Shown here: piece by piece, positions 19,084 through 28,448 of the stretch
Layout: each line of letters opens with the position of its first letter
Numbering within the stretch: position 1 is the stretch's first letter
From: Thermodesulfobacteriota bacterium
GTDB taxonomy: Bacteria > Desulfobacterota_D > UBA1144 > Nemesobacterales > UBA2774
Reading direction: 5' to 3'
NCBI GenBank assembly: GCA_965216785.1
Contig: OZ244197.1
Span: 2,176,001-2,240,000 of the forward strand
Length of the DNA stretch: 64,000 nt
Program-made: the position numbers and the translations under genes
The notes under the pieces: generated by a model
The model's input: only the letters and a program-made list of their open reading frames with translations
Databases searched by the model: none
Told to the model about the DNA's origin: nothing

Positions 19084-19899
19084 CTACAAATCAATCATAG
19101 CTCTAACCCCGGCCATAAACGTCTCGTCGTCCTGCTCCCTACGGTTGGCCATAAAGACCTGAGCGTCATCACCAGCTGTGTAGCGGAGCCTGTCCGTGCC
19201 ATCCGTTGCGGCTTTGTAAATTACCTCAGCCACTACGGCAGGGTCTGCAGCGTTTGCCATCATAGGCTCAAACGCAGCAAAAACCTTATTAGTTATTTCC
19301 CGATACTCGCTCAGATTCTCATCATAGTTATGGTCAAGCGACCTCCCATCGAAATCGGTCTTAATAGCGCCAGGTTCAACGACCTTCACCTTGCAGCCAA
19401 TCTCGGCCAGTTCGTAATGAAGAGCCTCGGATATACCCTCCACTGCATATTTTGTTCCGTGATAAAGACTGAACAAAGGAAATGCCATCTTGCCCCCCAC
19501 GGATGTGATGTTGATAACCATTCCGTCCCTGTTTTTTCTGAAGTGGGGGATTACGGCCTTTGTAACATCCAGTAGTCCGAGCACGTTAACTTCGAATTGC
19601 CTTATGATCTTTTCTCTAGGTGTTGCCTCAAGCGGGCCATACGCGCCGTAGCCCGCGTTGTTAAGAACTACATCTATTTTCCCGAATTTCTCGATACCCT
19701 CGTTAACGGCGCTATTGATGGACAATAAGTCCTGAACATCTAATCGCGTTACAAGAACGTTATCCAGCTGGGTTAATTCTTCTTCCCTTTCGGGCTTACG
19801 CATGGTTGCGACAACGTTCCAGCCCTTTTCATGAAAATATTTAGCGGTCGCTTTACCGATACCGCTGCTTGCTCCTGTAATTAATATTGTTTTACTCAT
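19084..19899 (-). CDS. short-chain dehydrogenase/reductase
   Basis: TGASSGIG, NNAGYG, YHGTK, EPG. Confidence 0.9.
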   Translation of the reverse strand: MSKTILITGASSGIGKATAKYFHEKGWNVVATMRKPEREEELTQLDNVLVTRLDVQDLLSINSAVNEGIEKFGKIDVVLNNAGYGAYGPLEATPREKIIRQFEVNVLGLLDVTKAVIPHFRKNRDGMVINITSVGGKMAFPLFSLYHGTKYAVEGISEALHYELAEIGCKVKVVEPGAIKTDFDGRSLDHNYDENLSEYREITNKVFAAFEPMMANAADPAVVAEVIYKAATDGTDRLRYTAGDDAQVFMANRREQDDETFMAGVRAMIDL

Positions 19900-19924
19900 T
19901 TAATTCCTCCTGTGGTTTGTTATA

Positions 19925-19970
19925 AGAGACATTATGTCACTAATATAAGTGACACAGTGTCTCTTGTCAA
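19925..19970 (-). promoter_or_regulatory. sigma70 promoter overlapped by two palindromic operators (probable TetR sites)
   Basis: TTGACA-N17-TATATT; palindromes AGAGACATTATGTCACT (19925-19941) and AGTGACACAGTGTCTCT (19948-19964). Confidence 0.75.
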
Positions 19971-20175
19971 GAGGTTTTTTTGAAAATTCCAAATTTGGTC
20001 TAAGATAGGGTAGGGGCGGATATCGAGATTGTTAAGTTAGGCGGATGCTATGCTATTCATACTTTCCCGGTATATTATCAAGTTTGCCGTATTCAGTACA
20101 TAAAACACTCACGCTTCACAACTGTTTAATACGGTGGATATAATATAGAGACATAATCTAAAGATGGAGGATCAC

Positions 20176-20649
20176 ATGAGATACATTTCAAAGTTGCTGG
20201 TTGTAATGTTTGTACTGGGCTTGGGTTTTCAGCTCGCTGAGGCGAATCCCGTAATAAACGAGAAAGACGCTCCGAAGTTCTTATATACGCTGAGCGCCTC
20301 TTCCGGGAAGATGGAGGGGGACAGGATAATTCTCGAAAACGTACCGCTGGTCGTTTATTTCTCGGACAGGCCCGCACGCATATCTGGTCAGCTGAGCATA
20401 CAGGTATTCGCGCAGGGATGGGACCAGGGTAGTGACAGCTTCAGAGCTGACCCGCCTAACGCTACTCTTTCGGTACTTACTGACGATGGAGTGAAGAACA
20501 CAGTGATAGAAATATCTGATCCCGACGTTAAGGTGAAGGAAGGCTCAATTTCATTTAAGGCGAAAGTGCTTGAAGGAGAAGTACCGGAGTCATTTGGTAA
20601 AGCCACTCTATTTATTGACAGTAATTTAGGTGCTTTAAAAGGTTTATAA
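20176..20649 (+). CDS. secreted hypothetical protein, DPPNA family paralog 2
   Basis: GGAGGA RBS; YFSDRPAR..G, DSFRADPPNATLS, TLFID. Confidence 0.8.
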   Translation: MRYISKLLVVMFVLGLGFQLAEANPVINEKDAPKFLYTLSASSGKMEGDRIILENVPLVVYFSDRPARISGQLSIQVFAQGWDQGSDSFRADPPNATLSVLTDDGVKNTVIEISDPDVKVKEGSISFKAKVLEGEVPESFGKATLFIDSNLGALKGL

Positions 20650-20692
20650 TTTCGGTCTATGGCAGGGGTAAATCAGATTTCCCCTGCCGGAT

Positions 20693-22129
20693 ATGCATGA
20701 CAAAAGTGTAAGGCATATTATGGTAAACAGACTACACATTGCGGATGTGCTTAAAGACGACGAGCTAAGGTTCCTCCGTGTGCTTTGGTGCGATAACGGA
20801 AACGTTATACGCTCTAAGGCCATACACCTGCCATCGTTTAAGCGCCATCTGATGAACCACGGGATGGAGGAGCTCAGGAGCGAGGAGTTTTTGTATAAGC
20901 TCGAGGAGGCGCTCGTAAACACCCAGACCCTTCAGGCGCTGGACGCGGCTCTTGACGAGCCTGTACCTGAGGCCGGGCTCGAGCCTGTTAAGGAGCTGAG
21001 GCTTGTCCCGGACTGGTCTACGCTTGCCATGATCCCCTATGCCCCGGGGCACGCAGTGACCATGGGCAACTTTATGCTCGACAGCACTACAGAGCCATGG
21101 GAGCTTTGTCCGAGGGGGCTTCTCAAGCGCACGGTGAAGAAGGCGGAAGACGCAGGATTTGATGTTATGTGCGGGGCGGAGATAGAGTTCTTTTTATTCG
21201 ATGAAGCGGTGTTCCGCGACAGTGGTACGCTTGAGCCCGTGGACAGGGACGCGTACGCTCAGAACGCAGCGTTTGAAGTGAGCCGGGAGCTGATGGACGA
21301 GATTGCGGACACGCTTTATGAGATGGGGATAGAGCTTGCTTACTATAACCCCGAGGCCGGGCCCGGGCAGCATGAGATTTCGATACATTACAGCGACCCG
21401 CTTACGCTGTCGGACAGGATCGTTTACATGCGGGAGACGATACGCTCGCTCGCGCTTCAGTATGGAGTGATAGCCTCATTTATGCCGAAGATATTTCAGG
21501 AGGCCACGGGGAGCGGCTGTCACGTGCACATGAGTATATGGAAAGACGGGCAAGACGTACTAGGAGACGGGAAAGGCAATTGGGAGCTTTCACCTGCCGG
21601 TGAGTCCTATGTGGCCGGCGTTCTGGAGCACCTTCCGGCGCTAATGGCGTTTACCACGCCCACGCCGAATTCATATAAACGGATTAAGCCCAAGTTCTGG
21701 AGCGGGGCCTACAGGGTTTGGGGGCTGGACAATAAAGAGGCCGCGGTAAGAGTACTAATGAACCCATTCGGCGGGGGGCCCAAGCAGTTTGAGCTTAAGA
21801 CGGTCGACAGCTCCGCCAATCCGTACTTAGCTTTAACAGGTATTATCGCAGCCGGGCTTGACGGTATCTCAAAAAACTTGAAGCTCGGCGAGCCGCTTCA
21901 GAGAGACCCCGGGAACCTTAGCGATGAGGAAAGAAAAGAGCTGGACATTGAGCTTTTGCCTACCGACCTTGAGAAAGCGCTGGCCGCGCTCCGTAAGGAC
22001 GAAGTATTGAGATCAGCTCTGGGGGACCGCTACTATGAAGTTTATAACGCCGTTAAGAGGTTTGAGCATGAGGAGCGGGGGGATTATGATCTTGAGAAAG
22101 AGCGCTCTATGCTCCTTACACGTTATTAA
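20693..22129 (+). CDS. glutamine synthetase-like (gamma-glutamyl ligase/FluG-type) protein
   Basis: GAEIEFFL, EAGPGQHEI, SFMPK, GSGCHVH, NSYKR, WG.DNKEAAVR, FELK..D..ANPYL. Confidence 0.85.
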   Translation: MHDKSVRHIMVNRLHIADVLKDDELRFLRVLWCDNGNVIRSKAIHLPSFKRHLMNHGMEELRSEEFLYKLEEALVNTQTLQALDAALDEPVPEAGLEPVKELRLVPDWSTLAMIPYAPGHAVTMGNFMLDSTTEPWELCPRGLLKRTVKKAEDAGFDVMCGAEIEFFLFDEAVFRDSGTLEPVDRDAYAQNAAFEVSRELMDEIADTLYEMGIELAYYNPEAGPGQHEISIHYSDPLTLSDRIVYMRETIRSLALQYGVIASFMPKIFQEATGSGCHVHMSIWKDGQDVLGDGKGNWELSPAGESYVAGVLEHLPALMAFTTPTPNSYKRIKPKFWSGAYRVWGLDNKEAAVRVLMNPFGGGPKQFELKTVDSSANPYLALTGIIAAGLDGISKNLKLGEPLQRDPGNLSDEERKELDIELLPTDLEKALAALRKDEVLRSALGDRYYEVYNAVKRFEHEERGDYDLEKERSMLLTRY

Positions 22130-22211
22130 GCTCTGAAATCCAACATTGCACTGTGTAGATAAGTTCGCTAATACCAGCCAGTTCCCGAGCTTAAATGACA
22201 GTTAGATAAAG

Positions 22212-22523
22212 TCAGAATCGGGTTTTTGAATACTTAAGCGCCGTAAGCACCAGTGTGGTCTCGTATAGCTCTTCGATGCCGATTACAAGGCCCAAGAGCA
22301 ATAGTGTGTCGCTTCCGTAAATGCCCCCGGCTGTAATTACTATAATCCCTGCTAGAGTGGTGAGTATTCTGATGCCTTTTACGATGAATCCTATGTTCTT
22401 TTTCCCGCCCGAGCGAAGCACAGCGATAATCCCTTTTATATCATAAACCAGTATAGCCGTGCCAAATGTAAGAAAGAGGACGGCAAATATCTCTTTTAGG
22501 TCTATTTCCACAATGCCAGTCAT
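22212..22523 (-). CDS. small membrane protein
   Basis: AAGGAGG RBS; three hydrophobic segments. Confidence 0.6.
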   Translation of the reverse strand: MTGIVEIDLKEIFAVLFLTFGTAILVYDIKGIIAVLRSGGKKNIGFIVKGIRILTTLAGIIVITAGGIYGSDTLLLLGLVIGIEELYETTLVLTALKYSKTRF

Positions 22524-22724
22524 CTATTTCGGCCTCCTTAGCTCTCTATTAATTTTGATGCTATAGAGCATGGGTTGGGTGCAGAGGGCTTATTTCCGCA
22601 TCCTTTTATCTGAGTGTCGATATCATAAAATTGGTCTTTACAAGACTATTTAATTTATGATATAAGAGAATTAAGGGCGGGTGAATACATACTAAAAATA
22701 TTTATCATAAGGGAGGGTTCTATT

Positions 22725-23465
22725 ATGAGAACTATGATAGTTGTATTTTGTATGGTGACTTACATGGGGTTGGCCGGGGGTTCTGCACTTGAGGAAATTG
22801 ATTGTTCCAAAATAGATTTTTCTTTATACAAACCAAAAATTGCGGATGATGATTCTAAAGACGAACCCGCCGTTAATCCGACAAAGGCGTTTTTCAAAAG
22901 ATTTCAGGCCAATTTGATAGATGATAAGTTGAAATATATAGGGGAGATTACAAGGTCTAGCGATGTTTTGGATGTTGATGACAAAGTTGATGATTCTGGT
23001 GATATTAAGGACCAGAAAAGCACGGAAACACTCTTTAGCATCGGGTACAACTACGAGATAAATCCGGTGGATATAATCAATGTAGTTTATGATCTAAAAC
23101 CCCATGAGAAAAAAAATTATTTCTTGTTAGGATTTATCAGGCTGCAGAATTTGGCGTTAATAACAAAGGGCGCCTATAGTAATACGCTATTAAATGAATT
23201 GGGCGAAGGAGTTGGAGAGTCGGTTAAAACGGAGGAGAAGTTTACCTATGCTTTAGGAATGAAATACACGGGTTGTATTGGGAGTCTTCTCCGGGGGAAA
23301 ATCGGATGTATAGAAAGTTATTCTAGTACGCCAAAAGAAGTTACAGCTAATACAGAAGAAATTACTCTGAATAAGTTTGAAATTGCCAGGCTTCATTGCT
23401 TGGTTAATAAGTTGGAAGACCAGATTGCGACGATGAGCGAGGAAAGCGTCCCGGCTCAAAAGTAG
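22725..23465 (+). CDS. secreted hypothetical protein (AT-rich)
   Basis: GGGAGG RBS; signal peptide; no family recognised. Confidence 0.6.
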   Translation: MRTMIVVFCMVTYMGLAGGSALEEIDCSKIDFSLYKPKIADDDSKDEPAVNPTKAFFKRFQANLIDDKLKYIGEITRSSDVLDVDDKVDDSGDIKDQKSTETLFSIGYNYEINPVDIINVVYDLKPHEKKNYFLLGFIRLQNLALITKGAYSNTLLNELGEGVGESVKTEEKFTYALGMKYTGCIGSLLRGKIGCIESYSSTPKEVTANTEEITLNKFEIARLHCLVNKLEDQIATMSEESVPAQK

Positions 23466-23754
23466 AATGGCAAATCTTATCGTTAGGATTAAATAAAAAT
23501 AGGCTCGCGGAAGGGGTATGGTCGGCGTGGAAGGGCAGCTAATGCCGCTATTGCCCGTATCATGGTAATTTGGTTTTTTTACGTTTGCAGTCTTGGGGTA
23601 AAAAAAGGGCTTTACATGCGAAAATTTTAGGTATAATAGTAATAAGGGTCGAAATATAAGTAATGATTAGTAGTGATTAGATGGCGACTTTAGCCGTTTA
23701 CATGATGGGGAATCATAAAATACTTTAGGGCGGATTAATAACCATTGTATAAAT

Positions 23755-23875
23755 TTAGTCCTCCCCCCTACTTGACTAAAAGCCAATAGGCTTCTTGTCA
23801 TTAGATCCGGGTCCTTCCCGATCCCCACTCCAACACCCTCCGGGAAGGATATGGGGGAGGGCTGAACTACTTTTT
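23755..23875 (+). ncRNA. putative C-rich structured sRNA/leader 1
   Basis: Closing stem TTAGTCCTCCCCC/GGGGGAGGGCTGA, two inner hairpins, C-rich loop, T-run. Confidence 0.35.
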
Positions 23876-23958
23876 AAAACCACTCGGAAAATCAGTTCTA
23901 ATTCCTGTATTTCCTTCGGTATACTTTTAACCTAATCAAATAAGAGAGGAGTTAAAAT

Positions 23959-24579
23959 ATGACAGTTTTGAGGTTATCTATAGCTATAATAATTTGTGTT
24001 TTCATCGTTTCCTGGGCTTCTGAGAACTCGCAGGCTGCAAAGCTGGCTACAGGCTCGCCGGCTCCGGATTTTAACTACACGGACGTTCAGGGCAACGAGG
24101 GGAAGCTGTCGGACCTAAAGGGAAAGTATATCGTGATCGAGTGGTTTAACCACGGCTGCCCGTTTGTCGCAAAGCACTATAATAGTAAGAAGATGCAGGA
24201 GCTTCAGAAAAAATACACAGAACTCGAGGTTGTTTGGATCGCCGTGAACTCGACCTCTGACGGGCACGGGGACTATAGAAACCCTGAGCAGTCTAAGAGC
24301 GACGCGCGGAAGCACGAGACTTCGGCTACTCATATTGTCATAGACTCCAGCGGGGATATCGGGAAGCTCTATGGGGCAAAGACAACGCCCCATATCTTTA
24401 TAGTTAACCCGGATGGAGTGCTTATTTACCAAGGGGCGGCGGATGATATAAAGTCGACAGATACAGAAGACATTCCTAAAGCTACAAACTATATTGATCT
24501 GGCAATGACCGAGGCGCTAACACCGCAAGAACTAACAAATCCCGAGACTAAGCCCTACGGGTGCAGCGTTAAGTACTGA
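23959..24579 (+). CDS. thioredoxin-like/redoxin family protein (AhpC/TSA-like)
   Basis: APDF, EWFNHGCPFV, YGAKTTPH, YQGAAD, PYGCSVKY. Confidence 0.88.
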   Translation: MTVLRLSIAIIICVFIVSWASENSQAAKLATGSPAPDFNYTDVQGNEGKLSDLKGKYIVIEWFNHGCPFVAKHYNSKKMQELQKKYTELEVVWIAVNSTSDGHGDYRNPEQSKSDARKHETSATHIVIDSSGDIGKLYGAKTTPHIFIVNPDGVLIYQGAADDIKSTDTEDIPKATNYIDLAMTEALTPQELTNPETKPYGCSVKY

Positions 24580-24698
24580 GCCCGGGCGCGGGATTACGGG
24601 GCCACCAGGCCCGTTCTATGAATCTGCTGTAAATAAAGTATGTTATTTGGCACCGGGGAATAACTCCGCGGTAAAAAACTACACTGAGGCTTATAGCA

Positions 24699-25154
24699 AT
24701 GACAAATACGGACGCTGTCGATATGCTCGACAGGCACATCAAGGAAAACACCGCTAACGGCAATATGCACCCTGGCGAGAACTGGTACGAGCGGGACTAT
24801 CGTGATGCTGAGGATATGGTGGTCAGATTCTCTGATCTTAACTGGCAGGCGCTTAAGAATATTTTTGGTGATAGGTCTCATATATGGCAGGAGGCGTGCA
24901 TATTCGTACTTGGGGAAGCGCGCACAGATGGATCGATCTCGATGCTTGGCGATATATTCGTACGCGGGACGGACGGCATTGCCTGCTACGCGGCGATATT
25001 CATATCGCAAGAGGATTTGAGCAATCTGGGCGATGCCGAGCGCCAGCAGATCGGGCTGAGAGCGCAAGAGCTATTAGGGGACGACATATATAAAAACTAT
25101 GGGGATCATTACCAAGTTTCGCTTGAAAAAATACACGAAAAGCTCGAAAAATAG
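24699..25154 (+). CDS. hypothetical protein
   Basis: 151-aa ORF with GAGG RBS; no family recognised. Confidence 0.55.
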   Translation: MTNTDAVDMLDRHIKENTANGNMHPGENWYERDYRDAEDMVVRFSDLNWQALKNIFGDRSHIWQEACIFVLGEARTDGSISMLGDIFVRGTDGIACYAAIFISQEDLSNLGDAERQQIGLRAQELLGDDIYKNYGDHYQVSLEKIHEKLEK

Positions 25155-25300
25155 TTAATAAACCCCGTGTTCTGAGTAAATGTTTTAATCATGTGAAATT
25201 GGGTATTTTAAATTCAGAATAATCGGTTATAATGTTGGCCATAAGGTAAAGTACAGTCCTATTTTTTTGAAAAAATTATACGAAAACGAGAGTATGAATT

Positions 25301-25387
25301 AAGTTATCCCACATCCTTATCCTGGGTCCTTTCCCTCCACCTACCGCCATCTAGGAGCTGGGATAGGATGTTGGGACTTTTACTTTC
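25301..25387 (+). ncRNA. putative C-rich structured sRNA 2
   Basis: Stem TCCCA-CATCCT/AGGATG-TGGGA, loop GGGTCCTTTCCCTCCACC, T-run; shares GGGTCCTT.CC with element 1. Confidence 0.3.
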
Positions 25388-25515
25388 GGTTTGATTTTTT
25401 CCTTAGCAGTTTTTCCAGAAATTATTGTTCTATAGCAGACAGTTATGCTGTCCGGGACCTCCTTTTTCATTTCCAGGATAAGAGATCGCTTTGCTCGCAA
25501 AAATACTTGTCAGTT

Positions 25516-25582
25516 AGATTGCCGCAGTCGATATCCACCTTCGCTAAAGCTATGGCAAGGCAAGCGCTCCTTCGCTATGACA
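25516..25582 (+). repeat. nested REP-like element (family A interrupted by CC.CCTTCGCTAAAGCTA.GG..CAAG unit)
   Basis: AGATTGCCGCAGTCG[...]CGCTCCTTCGCTATGACA. Confidence 0.7.
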
Positions 25583-25628
25583 GCATAGGGATAGTCTGTT
25601 TATGCAGTATCTATATTGTGGGAGATTG

Positions 25629-25817
25629 CTAGTCTTGCTGCTTACTTCTTTCTATAAAGCTGCGCCAGTTTGGGGGGAGGTCTTCCTCGATGAGCACGGC
25701 TCCATGCTCGCAGTGATCGCACGCGCCGCACTCAACGCACTCGTCTATGCCCGCGGGGCAGTCGGCTGCGCACTGCGGGTCTTTGGTATGCTCGGGTTTG
25801 TATTTAATTTCTTCCAT
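25629..25817 (-). CDS. small Cys-rich protein, ferredoxin-like motif
   Basis: CAADCP-x5-CVECGACDHC within 62 aa. Confidence 0.55.
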   Translation of the reverse strand: MEEIKYKPEHTKDPQCAADCPAGIDECVECGACDHCEHGAVLIEEDLPPNWRSFIERSKQQD

Positions 25818-25878
25818 GATCTTTGGATAATTTTAACATATTTCGGCTCTATGTTGTAAGAGCTATATATGGTGTGCT

Positions 25879-26002
25879 GTTCATACTTCTACAGGCTCAG
25901 CATGAACGGGTTTCGTTTGGTGCCCGGATTGGAGGAGGTTGCCGCGGTCACTTTCCGCTTTCGTCAAAGACTACGGAGAGACAAGCGTTCCCTCGCAATG
26001 AC
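25879..26002 (+). repeat. composite REP module (family B + nested family A)
   Basis: GTTCAT.CTTC.ACAGGCTCA.C.TGAACGGG...TGCCCGGATTGGAGGAG.TTGCCGCG, directly repeated at 27509-27596. Confidence 0.75.
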
Positions 26003-26004
26003 TA

Positions 26005-27435
26005 TTAGACACCGGTTATTTTTTCTACCAGGGATTTGCGCTCGTCTATGTCGTATTTGCGCATGATTTCGAGCCTGGTAGCTTCGGGCGAGCCACCGCC
26101 CGAGATGCTGATGACGGAGTACCAGCCGCCCTGATAGGAGGCCACGATGTCTTCGAGCAGTCTTGCGATTGAGATTCTGTAGTCGGCGGGAATATCTTCA
26201 CGGCCCTGCAGGTAGCGGTTTAACCTCTCGCCGATATCGGGGGATTCCATGTCTTCGGGGTAGGGGGAAGCTACCAATATTCCGCCCGATGTATCCTGGG
26301 CTATCCTATACATATCGTATATATGGGTTCCCTGCATCAGTTTGCCGATGTTGGAGTAAATGGGGTCGGGCAGAAAGTTGCCCGCGCGTGTTTCACTGCC
26401 GAACACGGAGGAGGTGACTCCACAGGCGTAAAAGGATTCTACATACTTAATGAGGTCTGCAATCTTGTCGCGTACATGCCCTGTCTTTTGGGTGTCGAGC
26501 CCGTTTGCTTCAGCGAGCGAGCATGTGGCGCCGATGAGCATATCGCCAAGACCCGCGCGCGCTCCGATACAGCTAAGTCTGTGGTGGGTGGCGAAGGATT
26601 CGGTGAGCGAGCCCGCGAGCTGCCATTCTCCCGCGAGGAAAACCCTGTCCCAGGGTACGAGCACATCGTCAAACAGAATCTGTGCCGTCGCCTGCCCGTA
26701 ACGAGAGGAGAGAGGAGCGCCCGACTGACCCGGACGTCCCGCCTCTCTTGAGACAAGCTCCACGCCGGGAGCGTCTATGGGAACGGCGAATGAGACAGCG
26801 TAATCACTGTCCTCCTGGGTCATATTGCGAGTGGGGAGGACTATGATTTCATGAGTATACGGGGCGCCGGTTACGATGGCCTTAATGCCCCTGACTACTA
26901 TGCCTTCCGCGTTTCTTTCTACTATCCGAAGGTAAAGATCGGGGTCGTGCTGCTCGTGAGGGCGTTTGGTCCTGTCGCCCTTGGCGTCTGTCATGGCGAC
27001 GCAAGTGGTTAGGTCGTCCTCCTGCACTTGTTCTAGGTAATTCAGAAACTTTATGTGATAGTCAGTGCCGAACTCAAGGTCGATGTTGTGAGTACACTCG
27101 TAAAGCGCGTTCAGCGCGTCGTGGCACAGATAGCGCTGGGCGCAGCCCGTTTCCCTGCACAGGAGCCTTGTCATCTCGAGCTTCTTAAGCAGGTCGTCCT
27201 GAGATGTGTTTATGTGAAGGAGACGGTTTACGGTTTTCCCGGTAATGTGGGAGGTCGCCGTCATAATGTCCTTGTGCTCGGGCAAAAGGGCGTATTCGTA
27301 AGTGAGAGAGATGGCGTTTATTCCGGGTTCAAGAAGCGGCTCATCAGCGACGCTCTGTACTTTATTGCCCCTGATATAGACGGTAGGATGAAGCTCCCTT
27401 AGGCTCTCGACAAATTCTTCAGGTGTTTTCAGCAT
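26005..27435 (-). CDS. 4-hydroxyphenylacetate 3-hydroxylase / 4-hydroxybutyryl-CoA dehydratase (HpaB/AbfD) family protein
   Basis: AMTDAKGDR..RP..Q.DPDLY, GIVVRG.K, FDDVLVPWDRVF, GGGSP. Confidence 0.85.
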   Translation of the reverse strand: MLKTPEEFVESLRELHPTVYIRGNKVQSVADEPLLEPGINAISLTYEYALLPEHKDIMTATSHITGKTVNRLLHINTSQDDLLKKLEMTRLLCRETGCAQRYLCHDALNALYECTHNIDLEFGTDYHIKFLNYLEQVQEDDLTTCVAMTDAKGDRTKRPHEQHDPDLYLRIVERNAEGIVVRGIKAIVTGAPYTHEIIVLPTRNMTQEDSDYAVSFAVPIDAPGVELVSREAGRPGQSGAPLSSRYGQATAQILFDDVLVPWDRVFLAGEWQLAGSLTESFATHHRLSCIGARAGLGDMLIGATCSLAEANGLDTQKTGHVRDKIADLIKYVESFYACGVTSSVFGSETRAGNFLPDPIYSNIGKLMQGTHIYDMYRIAQDTSGGILVASPYPEDMESPDIGERLNRYLQGREDIPADYRISIARLLEDIVASYQGGWYSVISISGGGSPEATRLEIMRKYDIDERKSLVEKITGV

Positions 27436-27508
27436 GAGCTATCTCTCTTAAAAAAGATAGTCTCATATAGGGCGCAGGATGTCAATCTATATTGGTGTTG
27501 ATCCTAAA

Positions 27509-27596
27509 CCCGTTCATTCTTCGACAGGCTCAACGTGAACGGGTTTTGTTTAGTGCCCGGATTGGAGGAGATTGCCGCGCTTCGCTCGCAATGACA
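27509..27596 (+). repeat. composite REP module (family B + family A)
   Basis: CCCGTTCA..CTTCGACAGGCTCA...TGAACGGG plus GAGATTGCCGCGCTTCGCTCGCAATGACA; weaker family B copy near 46522. Confidence 0.75.
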
Positions 27597-27683
27597 GGAT
27601 ATAGACCGGAAAGGATTGGCTTATTGTGATGACAATCGTATATAATAGTTCTTCGATTGAGACTATGGAGGTTAGGTAATCAA

Positions 27684-28448
27684 ATGCTGGATTGGTTGAA
27701 TAGACTGTTTAAAAAGAGGCCGGTGACTGAGGAAAAAATGGAAGAGAGAGTCTTTCTCGAAGGCCCTCATTCGAGGCTGCGTGAGCTATGGTTCCTGGTC
27801 CGTGTGATGTGGGGGTTCCTTTACGGATTCCGCTCCTTACATTTTGTAGGCCCATTGGTAACGGTGTTCGGCTCTGCAAGGACCGAGGAGGACAGCCCTC
27901 ACTATCAAAACGCCGTTAAAGTCGGGGGAGAGCTCGCGAAGATGGGGTTTGGGGTAATGACAGGCGGCGGGCCGGGGATAATGGAGGCCGCAAACCGGGG
28001 GGCTAGAGAGGCCGGGGGAAGGTCGATCGGCTGTAACATCAGGCTGCCGTTTGAACAGGAGCCTAACCCGTATCTGGACGTGATGCTGGATTTTAACTAT
28101 TTCTTTGTGAGAAAGGTGATGCTGCTTAAGTATTCTTACGCCTTTGTGGTTATGCCCGGAGGGGCGGGCACAATGGACGAGCTCTTTGAGACCATAACAC
28201 TAATACAGACAAAGAAGATATTTAACTTCCCCGTAATCCTGATAGGGAAAGAGTATTTCGCGGAGCTAATGGACTTTTTAGAGCTTATGGTAAAAGAGGG
28301 TACTATAAGTCCCGAAGACCTTGACCTTTTTATGGTTACAGATTCGATTGAAGAAGCTATGGCGCATATAAAAGTCAATATTGTAGATAAGTACGGTCTG
28401 AAACTTAAGGAAGTACCTAAGCCTTCGAGAGTGCTGTTCGAGCGTTGA
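27684..28448 (+). CDS. LOG family protein (TIGR00730-type)
   Basis: VFGSAR, TGGGPGIMEAAN, FFVRK, PGG.GTMDELFE. Confidence 0.92.
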   Translation: MLDWLNRLFKKRPVTEEKMEERVFLEGPHSRLRELWFLVRVMWGFLYGFRSLHFVGPLVTVFGSARTEEDSPHYQNAVKVGGELAKMGFGVMTGGGPGIMEAANRGAREAGGRSIGCNIRLPFEQEPNPYLDVMLDFNYFFVRKVMLLKYSYAFVVMPGGAGTMDELFETITLIQTKKIFNFPVILIGKEYFAELMDFLELMVKEGTISPEDLDLFMVTDSIEEAMAHIKVNIVDKYGLKLKEVPKPSRVLFER

